61,565 bases of DNA from an uncultured Gammaproteobacteria bacterium (GTDB lineage Bacteria; Patescibacteriota; Patescibacteriia; Magasanikbacterales; UBA922), in contig CAZKAD010000001.1 in NCBI GenBank assembly GCA_964550845.1, positions 197,750 to 259,314 on the forward strand. Reading direction: 5' to 3'. Below are positions 1 through 8,862 of this stretch, one piece after another. The translations under genes were made by a program, and so were the position numbers. The first letter of the stretch is position 1; every line of letters starts with the position of its first letter. Below the pieces are notes generated by a model. It was not told the DNA's origin. It saw only the letters and a program-made list of their open reading frames with translations, and ran no database searches.

Positions 1-31
1 TTGCTTCTGGTACATTGGTCTGATCCAATTC

Positions 32-403
32 TTGAATCAAAAGGTTAACGCAATGACGAATCTTCAAACGATTTGTTTGTTGATTGGATTTGTATTGGGT
101 CTAGTCGCGTTGAATCACCATTCGATTGATCAATTCGAATTTGTGATCATGCATTTGATTCGAATCGTGATAATTGTATTGTATGCAATTCTTTTAGCCA
201 TCGTTGTTGACGTCTTTTTCTTGCTCGTCTTCGTTGTAATCTTTTGGACTGCCGATGGGATCAAGTGGACACTTGATCGCCTTCAAATTGGCAAAGATCA
301 AAAAGCTCATCATATCCATGAGCTTCTTTGCCAATCAGTTGTAAATGTTTCTGAATTTTTGGAGAAACATTTGATCATCTGCCTCACCGTTACGTCAGAC
401 TAA
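32..403 (+). CDS. hypothetical hydrophobic protein (weak call)
   Basis: Only long ORF in 1..535. It is extremely hydrophobic (LIRIVIIVLYAILLAIVVDVFFLLVFVVIFW) and is followed by the convergent hairpin 491..518. No domain recognised; it may be an antisense artefact. Confidence 0.35.
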   Translation: MNQKVNAMTNLQTICLLIGFVLGLVALNHHSIDQFEFVIMHLIRIVIIVLYAILLAIVVDVFFLLVFVVIFWTADGIKWTLDRLQIGKDQKAHHIHELLCQSVVNVSEFLEKHLIICLTVTSD

Positions 404-428
404 CTTTTTTTGTTTACTTTTAACTTAA

Positions 429-480
429 GATAAAACTCGAAAAACAAACAAAAAGATAAAACTCGAAAAACAAACAAAAA
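429..480. repeat. 26-bp direct tandem repeat x2
   Basis: gataaaactcgaaaaacaaacaaaaa occurs twice, at 429..454 and 455..480. Confidence 0.9.
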
Positions 481-490
481 AAATCCCGGT

Positions 491-518
491 GATTCTTTTC
501 TTCTCGAAGAAAAGAATC
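491..518. terminator. palindromic hairpin between convergent ORFs
   Basis: Arms gattcttttctt / aagaaaagaatc, loop ctcg. Confidence 0.6.
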
Positions 519-535
519 ATCATCCTTTACTAATA

Positions 536-1921
536 TTACATCGTCATTTGTTTCATTTGTCGATAAGCTGGGTTATCAATTGAAGTAATTGGATACTCTC
601 CGTAAAAGCCAAAACATTTATCTTTTCTCAACCAATATCTCAATGAAGATGGATGCGAATAGGCAATCGCTAGTCTTGAAGATGAGTCTAACAAATACAT
701 CTGAGATTGGAAGTATTCATAATGCACAGTTTTCAAATCTTCATTTCCGACGAAAGTATTTACATTCAAGAGAAGTAAATAAGAAGGGATTGAAAAAGCC
801 GGAAGACTTCCTTTACTTCGTTCAGCAGTATCTCGATAAGATTCAGGAATTAAAGCATACAAATAAATTCGCTGTCCATCAACTTGAAACCAAGTATAGA
901 AAAATCGAAGACTTGTAACGTAATTATGATCATTAATCAAACCCTTTCCCGCTTTTCTTTCATCTGAAAGAACAAAATCAGAATCGTCAGACAATTGTTT
1001 CCTCTCTTTGACAGTCAAAAAACATTCCGATGGCAATTTACCAAGAGTGCAATTTTTTGCTAATTGATTCAAATAAGGAGTTGGATCCATGAAGAAAGCA
1101 AATTTTGATGCCTCTCCAACCAAAGGAGCGAAAAATGGATTCGGCATCAAAACATCTGGATTGTCCATTCCATTTTTTGTGTAGATCGCATCTCGAAATT
1201 GCTCATAAAAATCTTCTTCGAGATATGAATCGGGTGTAAGAAAATGATCCGGATGAAACACTTCAATTTCGGGGTGAGCAAACATTTGGATATAACCAGC
1301 CTTATTTTTTGTTAAACAGACAGGAAGATGTTTTCCATTCCAAAATGAAGGTGTAAATTGAAGAGGTTCGTCAAGACTTTCAAAAGCATCGATATTGTAG
1401 ACCGGATTATTGATTCAATGTTTGAGTGCGAGTCGAATTAATTGATCATAATTCGTTTTGTGAAAAATAATTGATCCATGGGGAATATATCGTTGCAATT
1501 TTTGGAAATTTAAATCATCGTCGAAATAAAGGTAGGCTGGATCAACGCGTTTAATTTTACCTGCAAAATCAGGCAGTTCAGATCGAGGATAATATTGCTT
1601 CGATTTCCAAAATTCTGTCAGAGCCTGAAAGAATTGATACAATTTGTTTTCACTCTGATCAAGGACCTTGAATCCAACTGAAAAGGTTGGAAAATAAAGA
1701 CCATAATATCCAATTACTTTCTCGGATTTCTTCTTAGTTTTACTCTTACTCTTACTTTTACTCTTTCTCTTACTCGTTTCAACAAATTTCTTTTCCTGGA
1801 TGACATTCTTGATTGATTTTGCCTCGCCAATTGAAGAAATGATATAATCTGGATGATGACGGGCAGGAAATAAATCGATTTCGTTAATCTCTAGTTCGGA
1901 CATTTTCTGAAGCATTAACAT
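536..1921 (-). pseudogene. nonsense-interrupted, C-terminally shorter paralog of the 6153..8189 gene
   Basis: ORFs 1415..1921 and 536..1285 are in the same frame. The 129 nt between them translate without a stop, collinear with the 678-aa paralog. The single in-frame TGA at 1415..1417 sits where the paralog has AGA. Confidence 0.7.
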
Positions 1922-1932
1922 TTGAAAAGGGG

Positions 1933-1962
1933 AAATTATTTTCTCGAATGAAAAAATAATTT
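1933..1962. terminator. hairpin downstream of 2032..2787
   Basis: Arms aaattatttt / aaaataattt, 10-nt loop. Confidence 0.5.
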
Positions 1963-2031
1963 TTACTTCAATTACTTTGATTACTTCAATTACTTTGATT
2001 ACTTCAATTACTTTGATTACTTCAATTACTT
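1963..2031. repeat. 18-bp tandem repeat x3.8
   Basis: ttacttcaattactttga repeated, between the stop of 2032..2787 and hairpin 1933..1962. Confidence 0.9.
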
Positions 2032-2787
2032 CTATCCGTACAGTCCAATTGCAAATAGAGACTTTTCAAGTTGTTGCCTCAATGTCACATTGACTGGCGG
2101 AATCACTGGATCCATTTCGCTTGGAGGAATAGCCGACCCGTCAGAATAGAAATAATTGTATTGCCCCTTCTTCCAAGGATTATTGAGAATATAATAACCG
2201 TTTTGATCGGCAAAGTAAGCGTACATGTAATAATAATCCGGAGAATCTGGAAAAGATTCAACGTAAATCCAACCTTCGTGAATTGTTCCTCCAGCCAGTA
2301 CCTTATAGTATCCTTGTTTAATTAATACTCTTTGATAGGAAAATTTTGGATCTTTAAGATTAATCGTTTTAGGGCTAAACGGGCGATAAACATAACTATA
2401 TCCCCGGTATGACAAAACAGGAGAATTTGAATTGAACCCAAACAGAGAAGAGGGAGGAGTGAATTTCAAATTTGTTCCAGGAACGGTACCATCGGAAAGA
2501 ACCGCATAGACGACGTTTGGTGGAGGAGTTTTTGGGTGAAACGTACCGGCGGGGCTTCCAAAATTGGGAGCTTGAAATTGATTAGGAGCTAATTGAGTTT
2601 GTAATCGAAGGAGATTATCATCTCCGACCAGATATCCCTTCAAAGTTGGTTCACTAAGTGTAACTTTCGCTTTAACTCCCGTCATTGATCTGTAATTCAT
2701 CAAACTAATTAAGACGAGAAGGAGACTGAAATAGAAGACAATCACTAAGAGCATCCCCCATCCGATTGCTGAGACCACTGCAGACAT
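2032..2787 (-). CDS. signal-anchor membrane protein with Pro/Tyr/Gly-rich ectodomain
   Basis: ORF 2032..2970 trimmed to the ATG at 2787 (MSAVVSAIGWGMLLVIVFYFSLLLVLISL). The longer version would run through terminator hairpin 2840..2867 and overlap the 2894..4285 gene. Confidence 0.6.
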   Translation of the reverse strand: MSAVVSAIGWGMLLVIVFYFSLLLVLISLMNYRSMTGVKAKVTLSEPTLKGYLVGDDNLLRLQTQLAPNQFQAPNFGSPAGTFHPKTPPPNVVYAVLSDGTVPGTNLKFTPPSSLFGFNSNSPVLSYRGYSYVYRPFSPKTINLKDPKFSYQRVLIKQGYYKVLAGGTIHEGWIYVESFPDSPDYYYMYAYFADQNGYYILNNPWKKGQYNYFYSDGSAIPPSEMDPVIPPVNVTLRQQLEKSLFAIGLYG

Positions 2788-2839
2788 TCTTTTTTTGGAA
2801 TCGAAAGGAAAAAGAATATTTTCGTTAGAAAATGAGGCC

Positions 2840-2867
2840 TTTTTCTTTCCTCGAGAGGAAAGAAAAA
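2840..2867. terminator. hairpin downstream of 2894..4285
   Basis: Arms tttttctttcc / ggaaagaaaaa, centre tcgaga. Confidence 0.65.
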
Positions 2868-2893
2868 TTTTTGAATGTTTAAACGTCCTTGAA

Positions 2894-4285
2894 TTAAGGT
2901 GATTTTGTACAACACCATTTGAGGAAGTTTGTCTGTAAATATTTCGGATTATAAAATATACTATCATCATAGTCCATTATTATTTGCCATGTCATAAAGT
3001 CGGAATTGTTATTGTCATCCAGGCATTTTATGATTAAGTCTTTATTATCATTTAAATATTTTTTATATTTCGGAATATCATACATTTTCTTTGTATCCTC
3101 ATTCTGACAGACAACGATAACCTGAATATTACCTAAGCTACAAAAATCTTTTAGCTGTTCTTCAATTGGAACATTTGCCGGATTATTTTTGGGAATTATG
3201 ACACATCTACATGTACTTTCAGAAACTAACTTTACATCATTTAATTCATCATTACGATAAAATTCAGAAGATTCAAGAAATCTTACACCAATCATAGTAA
3301 GTAAAGACTGTACCCATGTTGTCAGTAAACATTCATTATAATCATAAAATATAATTTGTTTTTCTTCACATTTTACTACCAAGTTATACATTAATTTTTT
3401 ATATTGAATTAATACATCATTCAATATTAATGATTTTAAAATATCTTCGACGATATTAATATTAAGATCGGATATGTTGTTTGTATTAAATATAATATTG
3501 CTACAGTAACAATTTTCGTATGCTAGTATTTTATCTCCAATTACTTCATCAAGAGGAGTAAATGTCATATTTATGGCATTGAATACATTATAGTCTTTTC
3601 CAGATTTGGAACATTGGCGCGGAACAACGTATTCGTGACGAGGGGTGTTATAAAATTTATAATCCTCTATACAGCATGTGTCAAGTGTATCTTTCCATAT
3701 TTTTTCGATGTCAAAACATATGTCTTTTTGACATTGTTTGATAAAGCCTTTCAAAGAGAATTCAGTAAACATATCGCCATGTAATGCTAACACTATCCAA
3801 GGACAACCCTTGTATTTTACGTACGCTTGTTTATATCCTGTAGTTTTAATAATTATTTTATCAATTCCGCTATATTTAATCCACTCTTTGTACGTCGTAA
3901 TTTGATTATTGGGATGGTTATTCTTTTTGACTTCATCATTAACCTTTGTTTCAACTTCATTCACACACTTCTTACCTTCATCTTTAATAACCAAATAAAT
4001 AACATCAATCATATTTCTATAATCGCCTTCAAAATATTCGTTACCGAAATCTTTTCTTTGTTTGAAATTTTGTCGAAACTTCTCAAGGACATCTTTTTCA
4101 ACACATACACAATCATTACAGATCATTTGAAATAACAAAACCGAACCTTTCGGATATTGGGCGAACCTTTTGTGATTTTCTTGAGTAGTTCGTCCAACTT
4201 TGTAGACATTTTCTTTTGTCTTGACAAATTCTCTCAATTGTAACAAATAAATATAGTTTGTTGTAATAACTTCATTTTCAGCCAT
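2894..4285 (-). CDS. T5orf172 / GIY-YIG-like N-terminal domain protein
   Basis: 463-aa ORF. The N-terminus NYIYLLQLREFVKTKENVYKVGRTTQ...GNEYFEGD matches the T5orf172 (MSV199-like) pattern common in giant viruses. AAAATTGA lies on the gene strand at 4324..4331, 39 nt upstream. Confidence 0.6.
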   Translation of the reverse strand: MAENEVITTNYIYLLQLREFVKTKENVYKVGRTTQENHKRFAQYPKGSVLLFQMICNDCVCVEKDVLEKFRQNFKQRKDFGNEYFEGDYRNMIDVIYLVIKDEGKKCVNEVETKVNDEVKKNNHPNNQITTYKEWIKYSGIDKIIIKTTGYKQAYVKYKGCPWIVLALHGDMFTEFSLKGFIKQCQKDICFDIEKIWKDTLDTCCIEDYKFYNTPRHEYVVPRQCSKSGKDYNVFNAINMTFTPLDEVIGDKILAYENCYCSNIIFNTNNISDLNINIVEDILKSLILNDVLIQYKKLMYNLVVKCEEKQIIFYDYNECLLTTWVQSLLTMIGVRFLESSEFYRNDELNDVKLVSESTCRCVIIPKNNPANVPIEEQLKDFCSLGNIQVIVVCQNEDTKKMYDIPKYKKYLNDNKDLIIKCLDDNNNSDFMTWQIIMDYDDSIFYNPKYLQTNFLKWCCTKSP

Positions 4286-4323
4286 TTGTAATCAGATATT
4301 ATTCAATCTTACTTTTTACTGAA

Positions 4324-4331
4324 TCAATTTT
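4324..4331 (-). promoter_or_regulatory. AAAATTGA octamer
   Basis: The plus strand reads tcaatttt, 39 nt upstream of ATG 4285. Confidence 0.6.
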
Positions 4332-4351
4332 TTTGATTCATTAATGGGTCT

Positions 4352-4379
4352 TTTTCTTTTCCTCGAGAGGAAAGGAAAA
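4352..4379. terminator. hairpin downstream of 4415..4912
   Basis: Arms ttttcttttcc / ggaaaggaaaa (1 mismatch), centre tcgaga. A second small hairpin, ccttctt-aa-aagaagg, lies at 4398..4413. Confidence 0.55.
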
Positions 4380-4414
4380 TTTTTTAACATGCTTAAGCCT
4401 TCTTAAAAGAAGGT

Positions 4415-4912
4415 TTAAAACAACGTCAGCTCTGGAGTGAAACGAACCAGATGATTGAGCCTTGGAAAGGCCTTTGGGTCCTTCTCGATCTTAGCAGTCA
4501 GCTGTGAGAGCTCCTGGAGATTCTGCGGAGGCTTGTCAACCAGGTAAACAACTCCGACGCCAGCGGTGTTCTTCGAGAACCTCTTAATCAACTCATCGAA
4601 GTTCAACCAATAATAGTCGATGTCAGAGCAGTCATCAGGATCAACCCCAACAGGGACAGACTCGGTTCTCAAGTAAAACTCGTCCTGTCCAACTGCGCTG
4701 AGGGAGATTTTATCTCCCTTCTCCTCGTAGTCGACCGACAAGATCGAGTTCTTGTCAGTCACGTTCGACTCGACGTGAGCAAAAAAGATCACGACACGTC
4801 CGAAATTCAAAGCTCCGATTCCGGGCTTTGCATCCACAACCTTCAACAAGATTCGCAAGGAATCGGAATTTCCCTTCTCGGGAAACTCGGTCAGAAACAG
4901 CTTCTTGAACAT
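4415..4912 (-). CDS. hypothetical protein with GC3-rich codon usage
   Basis: 165-aa ORF. Its codon usage differs from neighbours (GAG, AAG, GAC, ATC, TTC dominate). AAAATTGA on the gene strand at 4980..4987; hairpins lie downstream at 4352..4379 and 4398..4413. Confidence 0.75.
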   Translation of the reverse strand: MFKKLFLTEFPEKGNSDSLRILLKVVDAKPGIGALNFGRVVIFFAHVESNVTDKNSILSVDYEEKGDKISLSAVGQDEFYLRTESVPVGVDPDDCSDIDYYWLNFDELIKRFSKNTAGVGVVYLVDKPPQNLQELSQLTAKIEKDPKAFPRLNHLVRFTPELTLF

Positions 4913-4979
4913 GACTTTCGGAAGAGGAAGATTGAGACTTTGTATGTACGAAATTTACCAGAGTGTTTAAAGAAAAAAC

Positions 4980-4987
4980 TCAATTTT
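4980..4987 (-). promoter_or_regulatory. AAAATTGA octamer in the left arm of a 23-bp inverted repeat
   Basis: 68 nt upstream of ATG 4912. Confidence 0.6.
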
Positions 4988-5012
4988 CGAATATTAGTTA
5001 ATATTATATTCG

Positions 5013-5020
5013 AAAATTGA
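5013..5020 (+). promoter_or_regulatory. AAAATTGA octamer in the right arm of a 23-bp inverted repeat
   Basis: 49 nt upstream of ATG 5069. Confidence 0.6.
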
Positions 5021-5068
5021 GTTTTTTCTTCCCGATTGTGAAACAAGTTAATCAATTCATCCATTCCA

Positions 5069-6073
5069 ATGGAGCAAAAAGTCGAAGCGAAAATTCCTTC
5101 AAAGATTAAGAAGTTCTTTACTCGACTCCAACTTCAACGAAAGTCAAATCCGGACGAATGGGACATCAAATATCGATATGTGTTGAATCAAGTCAAATTG
5201 ATGACGAAGAGACAACTTCGTCGATTGAGGAAGTTAAATTCTCGTGTAACTGAAATTGGACCATCCGAGACGATGTCGGACCTTATTTCAGTTTACTTTG
5301 CCTTATTCAAAGGAGAACCACTTGAAGCGAATTTGATTAAGAGTGAATACAATAGTGAATTTTATTGGTGGTTGAACCCGTCCTTCCAGGACTTGAACCC
5401 GTCCCTCCTCCGGGACTCGAAGCCGGTCAATCAAAAAGGGTGTTATCCACCCTATTTCGCTTTGAATCAAAACTGGATTGCTTGGTTGAAGAAAATCTTT
5501 CCGTTGGCGAATATTCGACTTTCGCCTTTTTCCATTTATTCTTATTGTTCAGACGGAGAAAAGATTTCGTTCAAGAAGTACTTCCCAAAGTATCCAGTCA
5601 TTTATCTCGATTATGAACTGTCGACCGATAAGAACTTCTGGATAGACGTGAATTGGTATGAGAAATATCATCTCAAATCAGTTCGAAAGTATGCCAGTGA
5701 AATTCACTGTAACATCGAAGGATTGTTACAATTCCTTTTCCTTCCAGTTGATCAAGTTGAATGGATTCATGGTGATCCAGATTGTTATTCAGCTTTCCTT
5801 CAACTTGAAGCCGAGACCTATTCCGAAGTGAAAGAACGAAAAATTGTCGTCCATTCTTCCGAATGGCGTCGAGAGTCCAATCAAAGATTGTTTGAGAAGG
5901 TGAAGCAAGAGTTCGACAATGATCCAAACTTCATTGATCGAACTCTCGCCGCGTTAACTAAGTGGGGTGAATTCAATGAATTTTCAACCATTACTTTTCA
6001 ACGACCAATTGACGTTGAAAAGTACAAACAAACCGTGAAAGAGCTGTTGAACAGCCAAATTACATTTGAATAA
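5069..6073 (+). CDS. hypothetical protein
   Basis: 334-aa ORF with AAAATTGA at 5013..5020 and terminator hairpin 6076..6099. Confidence 0.75.
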   Translation: MEQKVEAKIPSKIKKFFTRLQLQRKSNPDEWDIKYRYVLNQVKLMTKRQLRRLRKLNSRVTEIGPSETMSDLISVYFALFKGEPLEANLIKSEYNSEFYWWLNPSFQDLNPSLLRDSKPVNQKGCYPPYFALNQNWIAWLKKIFPLANIRLSPFSIYSYCSDGEKISFKKYFPKYPVIYLDYELSTDKNFWIDVNWYEKYHLKSVRKYASEIHCNIEGLLQFLFLPVDQVEWIHGDPDCYSAFLQLEAETYSEVKERKIVVHSSEWRRESNQRLFEKVKQEFDNDPNFIDRTLAALTKWGEFNEFSTITFQRPIDVEKYKQTVKELLNSQITFE

Positions 6074-6075
6074 TT

Positions 6076-6099
6076 TTTTTGATCTTTCGAGATCAAAAA
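6076..6099. terminator. hairpin downstream of 5069..6073
   Basis: Arms tttttgatct / agatcaaaaa, loop ttcg. Confidence 0.65.
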
Positions 6100-6152
6100 T
6101 GCCGATTAATTAATTTATTTTCTTTCTTTCAAATTCGTCCGCTTAATATTCA

Positions 6153-8189
6153 ATGTCGGAGAATATTTCCACGGCGCTTCCGAACTTCAAATCCCTTTCA
6201 TCGTTCAATGGAGTTGGCCTCTTCATTCCACCTCATCCAATTTATTTGATTACTGCTGACGATATTCCAAGAGAAATTCGAGCTCTTAAAGATGAGAAGA
6301 AATTCTTGTCCCGAAGTCAAAAAGCTTTTCGAAAGAAGTCTCCACTTCCGAATCGGATTAACTTTCAATTTCTCGGTTTAGCCGAAGATTTTGGAGTTGA
6401 TGTTAACTTTCGTGATCCAAATCTCCAGTCTTTCTTTAAAAGTTTATCAGAGTTCCGAATTCCGGTTGAAAAGATTGCTGAAGATAAACATTTTAATAAA
6501 ACATTTATACGCCCTAATTATCCTAAGTATTATTACTTCAACGGTGATGAATCTTCGGATTTGTTCCAAAAGTTAGAACCCTTTTTTTCTTACGGTTCAA
6601 TTATCTTGACCAAAGTTAAATATGATTTGATGATTCGATTTGTTATGGAACATAGAATCAATAATCCAATTTATGATATTTTTCATCTCGACAATCAAGA
6701 TGATTCTTACCAATTTACTCCTTCATTTTGGAATGGAAAGAGACTTCCAATTTGTATCGTTCAATTTCAGTATCCGCAGATGTTTGCTCATCCTGAGATT
6801 GAAATCTTTCATCCTGATCATTTCCTGGATCCAGCTTGGTATCTTGAAGACGATATTTATGACGATTTTTTCGACGTAGTTCAACCAATTTTGCCAAGAA
6901 ATCCAACTGAAAGTCAGCGTAATGCAAGTGTGGCGGAAACTTTCCACCACTTAATGCCACCAAATCCATTTTTTGCTCCATTGGTTGGAGAAAAATCAAA
7001 ATTTGCTTTCTTCATGGATCCAACTCCTTATTTGAATCAACTTCGACGAAATTGTACTCTTGGTAAACTTCCCGAAGAATGTTTCTTAACAAAGCTTGAA
7101 AGAAAAGCACTCGTTAATGATTCTTTGTTTACTCTCGACAAAAAAGATAATTCGTCAACATTAAAACAGCGAACCAATATAGTTAATTTAGACTTCTTAT
7201 ACACTTGGTTCGAAGTCAATGGTAAAAGAAGGTATTTATATACATATCTTCCACTTTCTTACCGGGTGGCAGCTGAATATGCGAATGGAATACTTCCAGC
7301 TTTTTCAATTCCTTCTTATCTCTTGCTGATTCATTCAAACACCTTTTTGAGTGATATTCAACTGGCAAGCATTCATTTTATTTACTTTGTCCAACAAATG
7401 TACCAGCTGACTTCTTCATCAAGAATTGCAATTGCCCATTCACATGCATCTTCATTGAGATATTGGTTGAAAAAAGATAAATGTTTCGCCTTTTTTAACG
7501 ATTATCCAATTACCTCAATTGATAATCCGGTTTACCAACAAATGAAAAAAACTGAGTTTTACCATCAAACCGGGGAGAAAAAAACAGTCCAAATGTGGAA
7601 ATTGTATCAGTCAAATGACGATCCAAACATTGATGAAGAACTTCTTCCAGTTAAAGGGACTTTTCAAGAACTGGTTCAATATGAACAAAAAGATTGCGAT
7701 TATCTCCATTCAAAATTGAATTGTGAAGAGAGGAAATATTCTCCGGCTAATCTTTTGCCTCATATCGAAGTTCCATTTCGCAATGGACAACCCTACTTCC
7801 AAGATTGTCCAGATTGTTTCTTTCTATTCAAAGGAAAGAAATTAACTGAGATTGATGAAAAAGAGATTGATCGTTCAATAGTTTATTTAACTTATATTAA
7901 ACCTGAACTTCGATACATCGTTCGAAAAGAATACGAATATGATGATCCGCAAGTAATTGTTGATCGAATTCTGTACACCGATGCTCAAAGAAAGAAAGAT
8001 GACTGGACTGTGCTCAACATCAAGGGTAAGATTGTTCAACAAAATGCAACCCTTGAACAAGTCAAAAAGTTAATTGGTAAAGATATTCAAGTAAATAATC
8101 GAGTTTACTTTACCGAAGGTGAATATACAATTATTCGCTCTCCGTTATATGGTTTCCTTGGGTATGGAGAGGAATTGAATGTTTTGTAA
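6153..8189 (+). CDS. hypothetical protein, intact member of a two-copy family
   Basis: 678-aa ORF collinear with the disrupted copy at 536..1921 (MFAHPEIE.FHPDHF, NPFFAPLVGE.SKFAFFMDPTPYLNQL). Terminator hairpin 8202..8225. Confidence 0.8.
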   Translation: MSENISTALPNFKSLSSFNGVGLFIPPHPIYLITADDIPREIRALKDEKKFLSRSQKAFRKKSPLPNRINFQFLGLAEDFGVDVNFRDPNLQSFFKSLSEFRIPVEKIAEDKHFNKTFIRPNYPKYYYFNGDESSDLFQKLEPFFSYGSIILTKVKYDLMIRFVMEHRINNPIYDIFHLDNQDDSYQFTPSFWNGKRLPICIVQFQYPQMFAHPEIEIFHPDHFLDPAWYLEDDIYDDFFDVVQPILPRNPTESQRNASVAETFHHLMPPNPFFAPLVGEKSKFAFFMDPTPYLNQLRRNCTLGKLPEECFLTKLERKALVNDSLFTLDKKDNSSTLKQRTNIVNLDFLYTWFEVNGKRRYLYTYLPLSYRVAAEYANGILPAFSIPSYLLLIHSNTFLSDIQLASIHFIYFVQQMYQLTSSSRIAIAHSHASSLRYWLKKDKCFAFFNDYPITSIDNPVYQQMKKTEFYHQTGEKKTVQMWKLYQSNDDPNIDEELLPVKGTFQELVQYEQKDCDYLHSKLNCEERKYSPANLLPHIEVPFRNGQPYFQDCPDCFFLFKGKKLTEIDEKEIDRSIVYLTYIKPELRYIVRKEYEYDDPQVIVDRILYTDAQRKKDDWTVLNIKGKIVQQNATLEQVKKLIGKDIQVNNRVYFTEGEYTIIRSPLYGFLGYGEELNVL

Positions 8190-8201
8190 GTTAATGATTA
8201 A

Positions 8202-8225
8202 ATTTTCATCTCTCGAGATGAAAAT
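8202..8225. terminator. hairpin downstream of 6153..8189
   Basis: Arms attttcatc / gatgaaaat, centre tctcga. Confidence 0.65.
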
Positions 8226-8256
8226 AGTGAGTTAAAAAATTTAAACTACATTTCAA

Positions 8257-8856
8257 ATGGCTCGTGTTTTTCGAACAAATAATCGGTCGATTGAATTTCG
8301 AGATCCTCGTGACTTTTGGAATTCCCTCTCGAAACACGAGGTGACAAAGGAGTTTGAGGATGAACACTGCGTGAGCGGATTCACAGTTTTGCTTATCGCG
8401 GTTACTGCGTTCAAGAAAGATGTTGCTTATGGACCGATGATTGAAACAAAACAGAAAAATATTGGTGGTGCCCAATGTATTGATGGGGTGTTTGATCTTC
8501 AAGTTAGAAATGCAAGTTATGCTCGACTCACAACAGAAGAAAAATCTGACACCTTTACTCCGATCGAATTTGTCAATAAGAATGGAGTTTTTGTGCTTGA
8601 AGGTTGCGATCGAGATCATCCTCTTATTCTTCCTCACATCAATGTATTTTGTCGGGTTGAAAAATTTAAGATCGAAACCGATGGAGAAACAATTCAATAT
8701 CGTCAATTCGTGATGAATCCTGAAAAAATGAAGCAATTCTTTGCAGAAAAAGTAACAAATTGCTTTCCATCGATCTTTGCAAACGACAGAGTTGTACTTG
8801 CAAGTCTTGGATCACTTAGTTATACTTTCCAATTAAACGAATCTCAAACATCTTAA
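8257..8856 (+). CDS. hypothetical protein, member 1 of a four-gene tandem family
   Basis: 199 aa. Shares RDFWNSLSKHEVT, GVFDLQVRNASYARL, PIEFVNKNG, LEGCDRDHPL and IETDGETIQYRQ with 8863..9489. Confidence 0.8.
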   Translation: MARVFRTNNRSIEFRDPRDFWNSLSKHEVTKEFEDEHCVSGFTVLLIAVTAFKKDVAYGPMIETKQKNIGGAQCIDGVFDLQVRNASYARLTTEEKSDTFTPIEFVNKNGVFVLEGCDRDHPLILPHINVFCRVEKFKIETDGETIQYRQFVMNPEKMKQFFAEKVTNCFPSIFANDRVVLASLGSLSYTFQLNESQTS

Positions 8857-8862
8857 AATTAA

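Larger units (their letters stand above)
4972..5028. repeat. 23-bp perfect inverted repeat in a divergent intergenic region
   Basis: Arms gaaaaaactcaattttcgaatat (4972..4994) and atattcgaaaattgagttttttc (5006..5028), 11-nt loop. Confidence 0.9.

Noticed and set aside
8206-8736. 176-aa minus-strand ORF overlapping 8257..8856, and similar shadow ORFs (589..918, 3827..4135, 14084..14440, 18010..18546, 47507..48004, 48751..49104, 59860..60258)
   Set aside because: Each is fully contained in, and antisense or out of frame to, a longer ORF that has family or domain support. Their compositions are typical of antisense translation in AT-rich DNA.
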